Positions 37,990 to 52,730 of a stretch of DNA of 64,000 nucleotides are shown one piece after another. Made by a program: the position numbers and the translations under genes. The stretch's first letter is position 1; each line of letters begins with the position of its first letter. The notes under the pieces were generated by a model. The model was not told the origin of the DNA and did not search any database. It worked only from the letters and a program-made list of their open reading frames with translations. This DNA is from Tricharina praecox (lineage: Eukaryota). The stretch spans positions 620,001-684,000 of the forward strand of contig NW_026250423.1 in NCBI RefSeq assembly GCF_024521635.1, given 5' to 3'.

Positions 37990-40900
37990 CTAGATCATTC
38001 CAACACCTCCGGCGCCCTTGAGTGTCGGTGCCGGCGACATCGCACGCCGAGCCCTCATCTGCTCTTCCATCTGGTTCATCTCGTCATAGTATGCCTCGGG
38101 ATTCGAATACTGTCCTGGTAGTCTTGTCCCTGGTAATCGTACTCTCCACTGACCACCCCGTTGACCACCGCCGCGATCACCTCTATCCCAGCCGTAGTCC
38201 GACTCGGGAGTCATGTCGAGACTCCCATTGTGCCTCCTGACACTTCGGTCCCTTGCGTGTGGATCCTTCTTCTTTCCCGGCTCGAGATGCATCTGCAGCG
38301 CCGAGTGCACCGGGAAATCCTTGGGCAGCGGTGGCGGAGAAAGCGGCATCGGCGGCAGCTTGCGGATGAGCGGGATGAATGTTGGCTCGCTGTTGTTGCG
38401 CGAGTGCGAGTTGCTGCGGGCGACGCTCGGCAATGGCGGCGGCTTGTCGTATTCGTTGGTCGAGGGACTGCCGTAGTATTGGTTGCGCGGGTTGTCGTCT
38501 CGGCCGCGGGAGCGGGAACGGCCACGTGAGCGACTCGGTGCGCGTACTGGGGTTCGCGACCGGAATTGCGATGGCTGTGGTCCTGGTGTCATCGAGCGGG
38601 ATAGTGCTGGAGTCGTTGACATGGAGCGACTATACTGCGGGCCGGGAGTCATCGAGCGATACTGTTGAGGAGGCGGCGGGGCCGGCGCGGGTGTCCTGGC
38701 GCGGAACTGCTGCTGCTGCGGGGGTCGTGGAGTTGGAATACTCTCATAGGGTGCCTCGGGTGGAGACATTGCCATTGCTGGGAGCGGCATGTCCTGGATG
38801 CTCTCGTACGGAGCCGGTGCCATGGCCATCGCCATCGCCGGTAGCGGAGGGGTGGTGGCGGTGGCGGTTAAAATGCTCTCGTAGGGTGACGGTGCCGGAG
38901 AGGAAGCCATGGAAAGACTCCCGAGTGTCACAGGCGGCCGTGGAGCGCTCTCGAAGGGAGTCGGTGTCAAGCCGCGGTGGACCGGAGCCGGCGACATGGT
39001 GCGGCCCATACCGATCGAAGGAGACATCGTCCGATGGGATGGTGGAGCTGGTGACCTCAACCGATGCCCTGGACCCGGAGAGATATGTCTTTCCCATCGC
39101 ACGAGGTGGAGGAGACATCATCCGGGGCGCTGGAGACATGTGTCGTTCCATGCCACGTGCAGGTGGAGCAGGAGCTACCGACATGCTACGGGGTGGGGAA
39201 CGTCCACGAGAAGGTGCCGGGGAATTTCCACGCGAGTTCGCCTGTAGTTCTGCTCGCCAGACCTTGGGATTGGAAGGAAGACCACGACTCGACAAGTTAC
39301 GGGACATAGTGCTGGGAGTGGGAGTAGCGCCACGGTTGAAGGTGTAGTTGTCAGTAGCGCCGAGGTCGCCGCGCTCGAGTGTGTCGCTCCATTGCCGGAG
39401 GGTGCGCTCCGACCTAGAATGGCGGAGGCCGTGTCCCTGGAACTGAGGTTGAGGGTCGCGAGTGCGAGAGTCCATACGTTGGCGGCCCCGGGTCTGACTT
39501 TGAGCGGTCCGTCGAGGTTGCCGGTGATATTCTTCCTCCTCGTGTTGGCGGTCGACCTCCTCGGACATTTCCTGGTAAAGCTTTGCCTGGGGTGTGAAGG
39601 GAAGCGGGCTCGACGGCGATCGGACGTGCGACGCCTTGATCTCCTTAACGCGACCCCTTCCTCTGCTGCGATTCCTAGATGGAGACGGACGACGAGATTC
39701 CTGTCGAGGATGATGTGTAGTATCTCTCGTCTCGTAATTATCACGACCTTGTTCTGGCGATACCGGGCTGGGAGACCTTGCACGAGGGTAACCTCTAGCA
39801 GCACTGCGTCCCCGAGGCTCGTCGTATCGCGGCTCGTTAAACTGCGGAATCTGGTATTGTGGCTCGATCTCGACATGGATTGGCTCGTCCTTGTACAGCG
39901 CTGCTTGAGGTGAGAACGGAAGAGGGCTAGATGGGGACCTCATGTGCGAGCGCTTCACTTCGGCGGTGCGCCCCCTAGGTTCCCTCTCGACACTCATCTT
40001 GCGAGGATATGTTCGCTCAGGTGAGATCCTACGGGTGCGCTCCTGAGAACCCCTCCTCTGACGAGGGGAGGCCCGTTGATCGTCAAGTCTCTTATTACCC
40101 TTCTCGATGAGGTCGATGAATTTCGCGTCTTTAGAATCTTTGCGATGGAACTGTCCAGCGGGAATCGGAGGCGAAGCTCGTGAACCCGCTCGCTGACGAC
40201 CGGCGATCGGAGGTGTGCCTTCACGAAGTATAAAGTCCATGGGAGGGAACTGTATCTGTAGACCCACCGGTTTATTCGGCCGCAGAGATGCACTGCTCTG
40301 GGCCCGAATGATCGGATCCGGAGGAGGGCTGGCCACACGCAGATTCGGAGTCGGCATCCGGTTGATCGGACCGTGGTTGGGCGGATTCAGTTGGATCGAC
40401 GGATTGCGGTTATGAGGAGGAGTTGGCGCACGTTCCATCTTGTTGAAGTCGCCAAGGGTCACCGGCTTACTCTCGAAGAAGCCATTAGAGTTGCGAGTAA
40501 TGATCGGAGTAGATATTTCTCTGCCAGGCGGTGGAGGTGGTGGCGGTGGGGCAGGTGCCATGGCCATTTGTCCCATCGGCTGGTGTGCGAACCGTTGGAT
40601 CGGAGTCTTGTCCAAGGGTGAAGCCTCAGTCACGGGTGTCAACTTGGTGTTAGCATTGTTCATTCTGGTGTTTGGGAAGTTATCGCGCCCGGCCCAGAAC
40701 GGGTCGACCGGTGTCAAGGCGGACATGGCGATCGGAGTCGAAGTAGCCGAACGAGAAGGACCTGATGCTCCGTAGAAGAAGCGGTTCACACCGGCAATAA
40801 TGCTGCTGGACGGTGAGGTGGTTTGCGAGCGTTGAATAGGATCCTTGGCCTCCACGGAGCAGGGAAATCCGTGATGAGCTTGAGCGGTGAGTCTTCGGCG

Positions 40901-43900
40901 TCATCTTCAAGGTCGTCGGGGATTGGACGGTGAACTAATAGACAATTTTCGCGTAAGTCGTGGGGATTGGACGGTGAACTAATAGACAATTTTCGCGTAA
41001 GACTGTTGCCGCCGTCATTATCTGAGCGGGAACGTGAGTGTCCAACGGATGGAGTGCGGCTTCTTTGAGGCCGCTGCTCCGGTGCTGACGGCGCATCGGT
41101 ATCGGAACAAGCAAAGCTAATCGCTACGGTTAGCAAATTATCTGCATGCATGCATGCATGTCGCTGTCAGAACTTACCATCGGGCGGCTAAAGTCCCATC
41201 ATAGCAATCTGAGGCGTATTGGCCCCACTGACGAACCAACCCAGATATGCGCTTCCAATCCTTCTTCCACAACAAACACGTCAAGAGAACAGCCTCGCTG
41301 TGTCACAGTGTCAGCCAACAGGCATCATCAAGGAGACGAAGAAACCCTTACAGGTATAGCTTGTGCGAGATATAAATTTCCACAGCGTCATTCTTATCGC
41401 CGATAGCGAGGAGACACAGCACTGCAGTATGTATTTCACCCTTCTGCAAGAGCTTTAGGACGAAAGCCCTTGCCACGTGGGTCCATGAATTCTGGCCACC
41501 TGATTTGTAGACATTAGCATCTGCGAGAGTACTGAACCGCCCTCGATCCCCGGGGATGACCCCAGATCATACGAGGTGGAGTGGGGTCAGCTTACCCATG
41601 GCGCTTAAAGCGAGAAATAACCAATCCCCAGAGACGCTGAAGTCGGCGCCTAGCATCACAGCCAGCGAGTTCTGATCGAGGTCACCCAACCACATCCGTA
41701 GAACCAGTGAGTTCAGGGACCGAGCATTCACAGATTCCACTAAAAAAAAATAAAAAAATTAGATCTACGCGATTTCCAAGTTTTCGGATAGGAGAGATCT
41801 TACACTCATCGCCGATCAGCTCTTCGATATCACCCTTCCAGCCAAAGACACAGAAAAGCATTTCCTTCCGGTGATCATCCTCGGAAAGTTTGTTCTGACG
41901 GCCACCGTCCCGAGGACTCTCGTAGGTAACGGTATTCAGGCGTATCCGCAGATTTGCGAAGATATCGGTAACATGTGCGAGGGAACCAGGAAGAGCCTTG
42001 ACGGGAACTTGTGTCGTCTCGGGGCTGATGTGAATTTCGTGTCTCAGGGGGTGTGTTTTGCGACTGGTGATGGATGGCCTGCGACCAACGACCGGTGAAC
42101 CGGAATATTGCTCCCTCTGCTCGATGGAACCAGCAGACGCCTTGCGATCTGTTGTTGGCGGTGATGAATATTGCTCTCTCGGTTCCATAGAGGCAGTAGA
42201 GCCCTTGCGTCCCTGCTGTGGCAGGATAGAATATTGCTCAATAGATCCAGCCGATCCCTTGCGGTCGAAGCCCGGACCTGGTGCGGGCGCTGGTGCGGGC
42301 GCGTACTCGGGAGCGGGTGCGGGTGCCGGTGCGGGCGCATATGCGGGTCCGGGCGCCGGTGCTGGTGCTAGTGCTGGTGCTGGAGTGCCGCCCCTGGATA
42401 CAGAAGAACCATAGTTGCGCCGAAGCTCCGCGCTTCCCCTTGATCCCCTAGAGCTTGTTGATGATGGTCTTTGACCGACGATATTGGCTATTCCCAAACC
42501 CTCCTCGCGATACTCCATCGGTTCCAGGTGTTCGGGCTCGTGTAGTGTATGACCCATCGATGACGCCACGGTCATGCTGTAATCGTCCTGCTGTTGGTTT
42601 TGCACCACAATCACCGCGGTCTCGTCGTTTTCTCCGATAAGGTCTACCGGTGGCGACGGTGGTAGCATCGGCGGGTCGTGGTGGATATTTGCCACCAGTT
42701 GTGGAGGATACAGCATGTACTGCTGCACTGTATGATCCTTCGACAATGTGAATAACGATCCATGCGGACCATAGATGCATATTCCGACGACGTTGTTCGG
42801 TGTTGGCACTTCCTCCCAGGTCACGTTCTTCGTCCGGACATCCCACACAGTGGTCGCACTAAAAATAACATCAGTTGAAACGTTCCCCATTTTTTATTTT
42901 TTTATACCAACGAATGGCAGCTGCAGGATTCCAGGTGGTGGCGCAGCTTACTTACCCCGCAGAATACTGTACGATCCGACCATTCCGAGACCATCCCAGC
43001 CAGTTGTTTCCCCGTCCTGAAGCTTCGGGCCGCTTCAATATGCGCACTACCCGTGCACTTTCATCGCCGTCCAGCGACTTGGGAACACTCCACACACGCA
43101 GGTCGCCGTCCCTGGTTTGGACAGCCAACATATCCGACTTTTGTTTCGACGAAGAGGCGTGCCATGCTAATGTTGTGATGGTTGAGGGCTGCATCGAGGT
43201 GGTTGTGAGAGTGTGCAGTATAGTAAAAGCCGGCGACAAAGCTGCAATGAGTACCGAGCCATTGTTGTACCTATTGTGCAATATGCAGAGTCAGAACGTG
43301 TATCTGGAACACTGTGGCATGCACACGTACCCCAAAGCGAACGCTTTGCAGTCGGCAGTTGGGGCGATCGCACACAGAGGGTCGAATATCGTGCGCGCCG
43401 TTATCGCATCTGCGTTTTCTGGGTTGAAGAGTATGAGATTGCCCAAGGAATCACCTGCCAGCCAGCCAAAGAGTCAGAAACGACGGCCTGCGAGAAGAGC
43501 AAACGCCGGAGGAAATGTGACAATACCAAAGACCAGATTCCCGTTCTTCATCCACGATGCGACCAGAATATCCTCGTACGCCTCGTACTGCGAGAGCACT
43601 TCCCCGGAGTCGATATCCCAAACGATCGCAGTCTTGGATTTATCCACGCTGACGACTCGCGTCGCAACGACATCACTGATATTGTCGACGGCGATGATGG
43701 TCACATTCTCCTTGTGACGGACAAACCGCCGTTCCGCTGCCAGAGAGTCGTGTTGTAGGCAGAGGATCGATGAGCCTTGCGCCTGGAGGACGAATTGTGA
43801 CGAAGCATAACACGGTAGAAGTTCTGGGATATCGTCGCGAATGACACTGGCGACCGAGATTGTCGAGTTGGGCCTGGACCCGATGGATCCTTTGCGGGAC

Positions 43901-43902
43901 AT
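37990..43902 (-). CDS. Large N-terminal WD40-repeat protein with long Pro/Arg/Ser-rich C-terminus (multi-exon, apparent frameshifts at about 40856 and 39094)
   Basis: WD repeats VVSVDKSKTAIVWD, DGDLRVWSVPK, WLGWSRNGRIVQYS, TVWDVRTK; middle region EMLFCVFGWKGDIEELI; several canonical introns at 41.1-43.5 kb; repetitive RSxSP tail ending GVGMI. Start and exact exon boundaries are uncertain. Confidence 0.75.
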
Positions 43903-46900
43903 TGTGAGGCAAGAAGCGGCCAATTCGCACGCGTTATTGTGGGGACAATAGTGAGTGCCTGTAGACCACTAAACACTTTATCCTTTGGGTGAGGTTTCGC
44001 CGATAGAAACGCAGACCAAAAAGTTGTCGACTGGGGGGGGGGAGGGGGGGGTGTGGAGACAATCGGCCCTTCTTTTGTATTGGCGACGGCCTGCTGGCAG
44101 CTAGGATATCAGTTGATATATGTACTTTTTTAAAACCCCGCACCACGGCTGCCGAAGTTCTTCAGTGAGTGTGTGGCCTCGCAGACCCCCCCCCCCCCCC
44201 CTCCCCCGGAGCAGTATGTATGCGGAGGAATTAAAGTGGCGGGATTGGTATGCGTGGAATAAAAAGGTCCCACCCACCCCACACACACACAGCAGGTAGA
44301 GTAGCAGGGAGCGAGCTACATACCTATCCAACGAAAGTCCAACACAACGGTACAATCCGGCAGCGGGCTGTGAGGAGCGGGGGAGAAAGAAGAGGACGCG
44401 AGATGTATGTACAGAGGCGGAGAAAAGGATGAGCAGGTCGACGTTTAACAGACGCGCAGAAGAGGGGGTTCCTCAATGATGGCGGTCGAAACTCGATTAT
44501 TGAGGCGTCGGTTATTCATTGGACGGTTCGAGCTGTTGGTATGTATAGATGCTTGGAGGCAAATTGCCCCATCGCCCAACGGATGCCGCACATTGCGGTC
44601 CAGCCATCCAGATGTACTGGTCACGTCAGGGCGCGTAGAAGAGCCGGGGCAGGTGGTCGCTGATATTGATACGACGAACCTTGAAGCGAGAGGTCTTGGA
44701 TGGGGCCCTGTATTCAGGCAAGTCTCGAAGGCCGCTCTCTGTCTGTGCTAAGCAGAAGGAGTGAGTTAACCTCTTCGAACTGATCGGTAACTACTCACTT
44801 GGCTAGTTTTTTGTGGTGATGGTGCTCCTGCAGAACCCCTGGATGTATGCACATGCAAGGTAGGAGGAGTGTGCAGCAGAGATCGCTGAGTGGTCGAGGA
44901 CTCGAATCCCATCACAGCAGCGAAATATTTACCCTGCAAATAGCCATTGACCCCGAGTGGGGATGGGGGGGGGGGGGATGGAGAGGATGGGGGGGGGGGG
45001 GGGGGGGCTCATCACCACGGAGGGCTGAAGAAGAGTAGTGGGCGGTGATATGAAGGAAGTGGGCCCTACTGCAAGGGAACTGTTGGATTGGGCTGTTGCT
45101 GCGATGCGGCGGACAGAGGGAACAGGGGGGATGCCTCTTCAGAGCGTACCCCAGGTCATGTCCCCAAGCCGGGAATAGTGGCTGCAGTTGTGCAGTTGTG
45201 TGAGCAAAAGTGGTTGTGTTTTCCTGCTCCAAAGAGCCCTCCGTCCTCCTTCCTGCTGAAGTCTCAGCAGAGCATCTAGCTCAGACAGCCCCTGCCGGTC
45301 AAGGTAGGTGCTGCAGGCTCGGGCCGTTGCTAAATCGTTGATCTCGCGGTGGGCGCTTATGGTGTAGGTGCTCGACGGCACTATCGAGCACTAGTTAGAG
45401 TAGTAGGTGCTCTCGTTACTCCATGGTGCCAGGTACTCGCACGTAGGCGACCGGATCTCACCACCTTAGTTGATAGTTGATAGCTGCTGTGGAGCGGGCA
45501 TCATGCAACAATATCATATCATCTCGATGGAAACAATCTGGTTGGTGGCCGAGATGATGATCGTGTTGGTGGTGGTGGTGGCGATGAGGCCGCTACCGCT
45601 GGTGAGGAAAAGAGATGCTCAAGGAGAAAACAGATGGGTGGAAGAGTCAACCTCACGGCCTTTCAACACACCACTCCGAGCCCAACCAACTCCCCTCCCC
45701 CGACCCCAACGTTAAACGTACTCTATTCTACATAGCATCGCTCGTGGGTCATCCACGGCCATCTCTCCTGCCTGCTTCCTCTTCCAAACCCCCCCTCCCC
45801 CAACGTCGACAACGGAGCAGAGAGTCTAAGGGATCCCCCGGCGAAAGCTTCTGCATTTCCGCTTCGCTCCGAGCTTCGTCGTGTTCTCCTGGCTTTGACT
45901 GGAGCGGTGACGACTGCGCCGTAGGGTGGTGGACTCAGCTCCATATATCCATGGCGATTCATCATTCGTCTCTGCAACCAACCGACGCTGCTGCTCCTGA
46001 GGCTTTCCAATCGGCGTTGTCGTCCCGTACGGCGTTTGGAATAGAGGGAAAAATGGTGCACGTTTCCTCCCGTCCGTGGAGTAAGATGTACCTGTTGCCA
46101 ACGAGCAGCCAATGTCTTTATTCCATTATTGTTTTTTTAAATTCTAATTCTAAATTCTAATTCTAATTTTAATTTCGTCTCGTTCGCAGATTGCGGTACC
46201 CTCTTTATTTTTTTTCCTTGGGAGTTCTCGCCTAGCTGCTGCTACTGTGTGTGTTCTGGATAGCGGATGGGAATGCGGTGCAGCTCCGTCCTGGTGCCTC
46301 CAAAGTCACATGAAGCGGGTAGTGGTGGGGTAACGGTGATGTGGAGGGTGGAGGTGGTGGTGGTGTTCTGTCTCGTATGGATGTACGAACGAATGTACGA
46401 ACGAACGTCGTACCGAGAATCTGCACGGCGACAACAAACATCACCAACATGGAGACCATGAGTACATAGAGTACATCCTACAGATGTGAGTACGAGCGTT
46501 TCCATCACCTACCTACAGTACCTATTCCCAGTATATTCTTGCCGGACGGACAGACGCCTGCTTGCTTGTTGCTGATAACACACTCGACAGAGGTAGGTAT
46601 CATACCTAGCATACTCGTACTCACTCACTCACTTTCCTCCCATAGATAGATAGAGAGTTTATTCGCGTCAAACTGCCGAGCTGGACTGATCAGTGGACAA
46701 TCGCCAACCCATGCCATCTTGGCCCCCATCGATCTTCGCATTCCCATTGGTGGTTGGAAATTTCGTCAACACCATCCGCTACCAACTAGTATCTCCTCCA
46801 AGGACTCTAGATATCTACAGGCCGGATGGTTTCGACGGTGGATCTGCTGCAAGCTCCGGCAATGAGGGGGTGGCGGAGGGGGAGGAAGGCGGTTGCAACT

Positions 46901-49900
46901 GTGCGCTAGATATCTAGACGCGGCGGCGGTGGTGGTGGCGGTGGTCTGTCGCCAGACGATTTTTCTTCTTCTCGCTGGCGCCGAGGACGAGCGATCGAGG
47001 TCTTCGTTCCGGCGGTGATGTGATGCTCCGGCACCGATGCGATGTCCTCCCCCCGTTCCCACGTTCCCCCGCGCGTCCGCCTCACTGCGAAGCACTCCCA
47101 AATGAGGGTCGCTATGCGATACTACCCATGTGCACAGCCACTCTGGAGTAGGTACACACCATGCGAAACACATGTCTAATGCCCCACCTCCCACATCGCC
47201 TGCGAAGCCAAAGCCGAAGCCGAAGCCGAAGCCTCATCTCGCTAGGGTATCTACTCTACATTTTAAACCATCGCCAACACAGCCTACCGGAGTTGAGAGA
47301 CGTCGAGACCGAGACCATGTGCGGCGGTGGGGGCCCACCACGCCCACCACGCCCACCAAGTTCCAACACCTCAACTCTCAACCCCGCTTGATCTTCGCCA
47401 TAAGAGAGCACGATATAGAGTAGATCCCATGGGCCGCTGTGACCATACGACATACTCAGGTTAATGCGTTAACTCCAGGCTGGCCAATCAGCGCGCTTCC
47501 CTCCTTCCCCCCTCCACCCCCTCTCCCTAACAACAACATCGGTTCTTTCGAGAATGTTTTGTGCCGACGAAATCTCCAACACAAAACACTTCTTCGCCTG
47601 AATCCTTGTCTGCCAGTTGGGTTGCGAATAGACAGCCACTTGTGTCTCCTTATCCGAGTCCTTTTTCTTCTTTCCAGCTCCCGGCCCGCTCTATGTAGAT
47701 AGAGTAGATTGTGGAGCGGAATCGCAAGGCAGAGATTTCCACTGTCCAGTGGTAGGTAATGTGAGTGTGACAGAAGTCGTGTATTGTCACGTAATATTAC
47801 AAAAATGGAAATATTAAGGAGGCATGAAAGGCATCGCCGGTGATGTGGCTGGTGTGGCTGAGCGGTCACATGATAACTAACCATGGGATTGGTGTAATAC
47901 GAATTCGATCAAGCTGTTAACTACGAGTACTGGGACATCTGAATGGAAATGTAACCTACTGGTGCGCTTCAAGAACACAGAACAAAACCACCATCAGTTG
48001 ACACAATCGTTTCCAGTGATGCCAATGACCCTGAGAGAGACAGACACCCAACTGAGGAAAAGCATCCATGAGATACCGTGTTCAAAATAAGGAAGACTCA
48101 GTCAGGCACAGTCGGCCTGAATATTTGACCACACCGCGAAAACAAACACACGGCGGACGCGAGTCCGGAAGTATAAAACCGACCTACCTACACTGCACGT
48201 CAGACGATCTCAAACGGTCCCGCAACAAAACCAAGTTTGAAGTTCTGACAACCTGTAAATGTGAGCCACTACCAGCTTACAGGCTTGGTCAGTGTTGTCT
48301 CCTTGTACTCAGAGTAGAGTCGAAAGACATTACTATCCTCAACGAGGACATCATGTCCGTCAACGTATGCATGGAGGGTAACCGTTTTTTCCGCGGGCGG
48401 AGGTCCACACAGTCAGACATGCTACATAAGCTTCCCCTCCAGCCGCAGTGCGGCACAGCCGATCATCCGCTGGACTGGAGGAGAGCAGCTTCGTGGCGTT
48501 GATCCGCTCTCCGTGTTATACCCGCTCCGGAGACCACCTTCGGAAAGTGCGATCGTCCTCCTTCCGCCATGTCCCATTCCTGCCTGCCGACAACCCTTCA
48601 ACTTGGAGCCCAATCCTCCCAGGAACTAGTTAGCCAACCCCCCTCCTCCACCACCACCATCGCTAACCCCGCACACTCAACTTTCGGCTCTCCACTTTCA
48701 ACTTTTGATCTCCGCCGACCTCTCCTTCCCGTCAAGTAGTTGCCGGACCATCTCCGCAGTATCATCTGCGTCTTCCGCGTCCGCTCGCGCTTCCTCCATC
48801 GTTCCATAGTACTAACTATACATGCATGATACCGTCCGACATACTCGCTCCAACTTATGTATGTACATACCATAGTCGCGTCTTCCTGTCTTCCCGTCTC
48901 CCCGTCAAGCGAGATGTCGACGCTGCTGCCAGTGCCAGGAAGACGCGTCCCTTCCGCAGACCGCGTTTGAGAACGGCAGATCGCCGGCAGGGATGCCGCA
49001 CGTGTCGGGTCTCGGTCGGTCGCTCTTGGCGGCAGGGCCGGGCGGGGCCTGCAGCCCAAAAATCGATTTCCTGGCCGTGGTGCTACGCCGCAGGTTCTTA
49101 CTGCGTACAGTCTGCTTCTAGAGCTAAGCAACTAACTAAGCCGGGCTCGTGAAAATGAAAATGCGACTCCTGGAGAAATGATGGAGAGGGGTGGGCTCAG
49201 ACCGTGGGCGTGACGATGGAACTTCGGCATTACCCCCACAACCATTCCTGGGAGTCCAGGACAAGCACTACGGCTTTCATCTGGAGTACCTAGAACTATG
49301 GTACATTGCTATGTACATAAAGCCATGAAGCCAACCCGTAAGCTTCGACTCATACCCCCCGAAAGGTACGCTGCGGCTGCTCTCCGGTGAAGTTCTCCCA
49401 CGAGAGGCACGGCTTTGATTCGGCGTGTTGTCCACTACCTTTCCCGTCCCGATCGGGAGAGCAGAGAGGGAGGGTACTAGTAGAGACAGTACAGCACCTC
49501 GAGAGCGGAGACGGCGGAATAAAGCCGCGGAATATTCATACCACACCACGATAACCCATTAGGTACAAGTACATACCACAATTGCATGCTGATTCCGATT
49601 CTCACTCATCGAACAACGGGACTTCTAGGGACCGCGCGTACATACATGCAAAGCACATATAAAAGGCAGCCTCCAAGTTTCACCACACCTGTATGGTAGT
49701 TTAATTCCCGCTTCTGATCTACTACCGGCAGAATACCTACAGTAGAGTACTTATTAGTAGGTACATAGAGTGCAGTGTAAACTGCCGCCACGCATCTAGG
49801 CCCCACTGCCTCAGGAAGGTACAATCTATACATAGTACTTAGAGTACCTATATGTGGTAGGCAGGACTTGACCTTCCTTCCTTCCATCCTTCCTTCCTCC

Positions 49901-52277
49901 TTCCATCCCTCCTTCCATCCTCAGCGCCAAAGAAAGACAGCGCCATGCGACCGCATCTCCACCGCCGCTGGAGCACCTTCTTTCCACCTCTTTGCAGTTT
50001 CCACCCAGCTGCACCTGCATGTCTATAATAGCAGAGTACCGCACCCGGCGGTGACCGGGTGACAAGGCTTGCTTCAAAGCTCGCACAGTGACTCGAAAGG
50101 CATGAGCCAAGTATTTCAAAGATGCTACAATAGTGCAACGGTGCATGCATTTTCCCGGACTACTGGTATTGCCGGAGAATCGGGCACAAGCCTCAGGCCT
50201 CAAGCCTCAAGGGCCAAGACACACTTCCCCCCCCCCCCCCCCCCCCCCCCCCGGTACCCCCGCGCCTCCCGAGCGCGCTGATAGTTACCGCGTACGGTAT
50301 GCGGGCAGCAGCGGCTGCATTCCACAGTGCACATCTGCCCGCCGCCGCCGGTTCGCGGAGCTTTGTGGAGTTTCGCTGAGCTTACATACAGACTTACAGT
50401 GATGCGGATGCGCAGTCACGCGGGAATCGGGATGGGATGGGATGGGTGCTAACTACTAACTACTAGTAACCGAGTAAGAAGTAGGTAGTGAGATGTAGTA
50501 AGAAGTAGTAATCCAACTGCCGCTGACGGCGTGGTCGTGCCCTACTACGCTATAATTACCCCGCAGTCGACTTCGGAGTACATAAGATGTATGTAACGAT
50601 AAGCAGCCGTTTCGGCGCGATTCTGCCTTCTTCCCCGCTTCCGCCTGCTGGTGAGGCTGGTGTGGCCGCTGTGTCTGCTGCTGTGGCTGATGTGCTGTGG
50701 CTGCTGCTGCTGTGTCTGCCCGTTTGATACCCGACGGCTTCGGGCCGCTGACTGCTGGCGGCAGATCATCCCCCCACCCCGCACCGTGCAATCGAGCGAA
50801 GCGAAGCGGCGTCGAGCAGCAGCCATAATACCGCAGGCTCACCGCAGGCTCACCGTCCCGCCCGTCCTGCCCACCTCTCACCGCACACCCCGCTCACGCT
50901 GAATGCAGAACGCAGAACGCATGCACGGGACGCGGCTGTTGTGCTCCTATGTGCTCCAGCGGCGGGGCTGTTTTTCCACTGCCCAGTGCCCAGTGTAAGA
51001 TCGGAATCGGCAATCAGCTCGTGTGTACTCTACCACGTTCCAGCTCGATGGGTAGAGTATGGTATGTAGGGCAGGTAGGGAACGTTCTTGTGCTTCTCCA
51101 CATCCACCTCGCTCTGTAGAACGGTTTTTTCGTTTTCGGAGGGATGCGGAGTGGAAGCGTGGGAGGGACGGATGGACAGACGGCAAAGAAACATCTCAGG
51201 CGGACGGAAAAACGAGCCCGCTCTATCCCGCTAGGTATCACAGTAGAGTAGAGCATAAACAGATACATCACATAACTCTAATTCCCCCGATCTCTAACAT
51301 AATTGGTACTCTATCATAGACTCTAGAGTGTCTATACTTGTACACAAGGCGAACACACCGTTGCGCTGCGTTGCAACCAAAAAATGGAAACACACACACA
51401 CACACCCATAGTTAATCTCCCCCGGGCTTCCGCCTCATTTATTTTAACCGACGCATGCCGGCCATCGATAATCGATATCGATCCCTTTTTTCCCCTCCCA
51501 CGGTCCCACCCTCCCACTATCCCGCCCTCCCACCACCCACTACCCCCCACCCCTCTTATTCTTCTTCCGCATTCCTGAGCAGTTCCCGTCACCCCGCCCT
51601 AACCCGTCACGCTCCGAACAGTGTAAGGATTTTTATGAGGAGAAAGAAGGAAGGAGAGTTTGTATTGTTGGTTGGTTGGTTTGTTGGTTTGAGTTGGTCT
51701 CGTTGGTTGTTGGTGATGATGAGTGGGGTAATATCGGATAGCAGAATAATCAACTTCAGACGGATAAATCTAGCGAGGGAAAAATGTATCGGTCGGGAGA
51801 GTTGTATTCCGCGATGATTCGCCAGCCAGGGCGAGGGAGGGAGAGAAAGGCCAACCCCACGTCGAGGAGTTATGTAACCACTCTACACACATGCCATGCG
51901 CTGTGCCTTACAGACGGGCTGGGGACTGGGACGGCGAGGGAGTTGTGGTGGGTAAAACCTGCCTCGCAGGCGGGCATGCCGGGGTAGACGAGACGGACAT
52001 TTATTGGATGTGTTATTGTCAAACGGGCTGAAAGGGCTGGAGGGATTAACCGTTAGAAACCGTGCGACGAGCGAAGTCGAGGGGATTGACATGAGGGTTT
52101 ATGGCGGCAAGGATAGGTGACTAAAGGTCTTGGGGGAGGAGGCTCACCAATCAAACACGTCTCCGAGGGAGAAGTTGTAGGATCCTTAGTATTTCATCTC
52201 GAATGCCGGTGCGTCTTCTCAGCCACCCCCACTACGTACACACATAACAGCAACACGACGTTCATTCGTCCGTTCCA

Positions 52278-52730
52278 TCACGCGGCCCTGCGGGAGTCGT
52301 GGTGATGGTTGTGGTGGTGCAGCTGCGAGAAGGCTTGAGAGAGCAAGGAGTTGGAGCGCTGGACGGTGCGTGCCGGTGGGAGTAGTATATGGCCGCGGCC
52401 GCCGGACGAGGCGGTGGATGAGGCGCTGGTGATCGATGAGCCGCCGCAGATGACAAAGTCGTCGTCATCCTCGTCTTCTTCGTCGTCGTCAAATACTGAG
52501 TCGGGGCGCGGGCGACGGCGGAGACTCTCGAGGAACTCGACGCTCGGGATCGAATGCTTCGGGGCCGAGGACGGAGGCGCTAGGAGCGGTGTGCGGCTGT
52601 CTAGTGTTGGTCGGTTGGGCCAGGATGGGTAGGCGCAGGAGTATCCGCCTCCTGTACTCGAGCGCGGCGACGAGATGCCGAAGGCGGTCGTCTTGAGGTC
52701 GGACATGATGGGTGTCATAATCTGCGACAT
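52278..52730 (-). CDS. Small fungal hypothetical protein (SCAYPSWPNR motif, acidic tract, His-rich end)
   Basis: ORF of about 150 aa in GC-rich coding-like sequence. SCA(F/Y)PSWPxR followed by an acidic stretch resembles a small Pezizomycotina hypothetical family (from memory). Confidence 0.6.
   Translation of the reverse strand: MSQIMTPIMSDLKTTAFGISSPRSSTGGGYSCAYPSWPNRPTLDSRTPLLAPPSSAPKHSIPSVEFLESLRRRPRPDSVFDDDEEDEDDDDFVICGGSSITSASSTASSGGRGHILLPPARTVQRSNSLLSQAFSQLHHHNHHHDSRRAA

Noticed and set aside
44520..44850. Intron-like GTGAGT..ttaac..TAG on the minus strand with short protein-like frames
   Set aside because: No coherent ORF or domain; could be a relic or lncRNA but is unsupported.
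47456..48502. ORFs of about 140 aa in the gene-poor tract
   Set aside because: No motifs, and competing frames are equally plausible.
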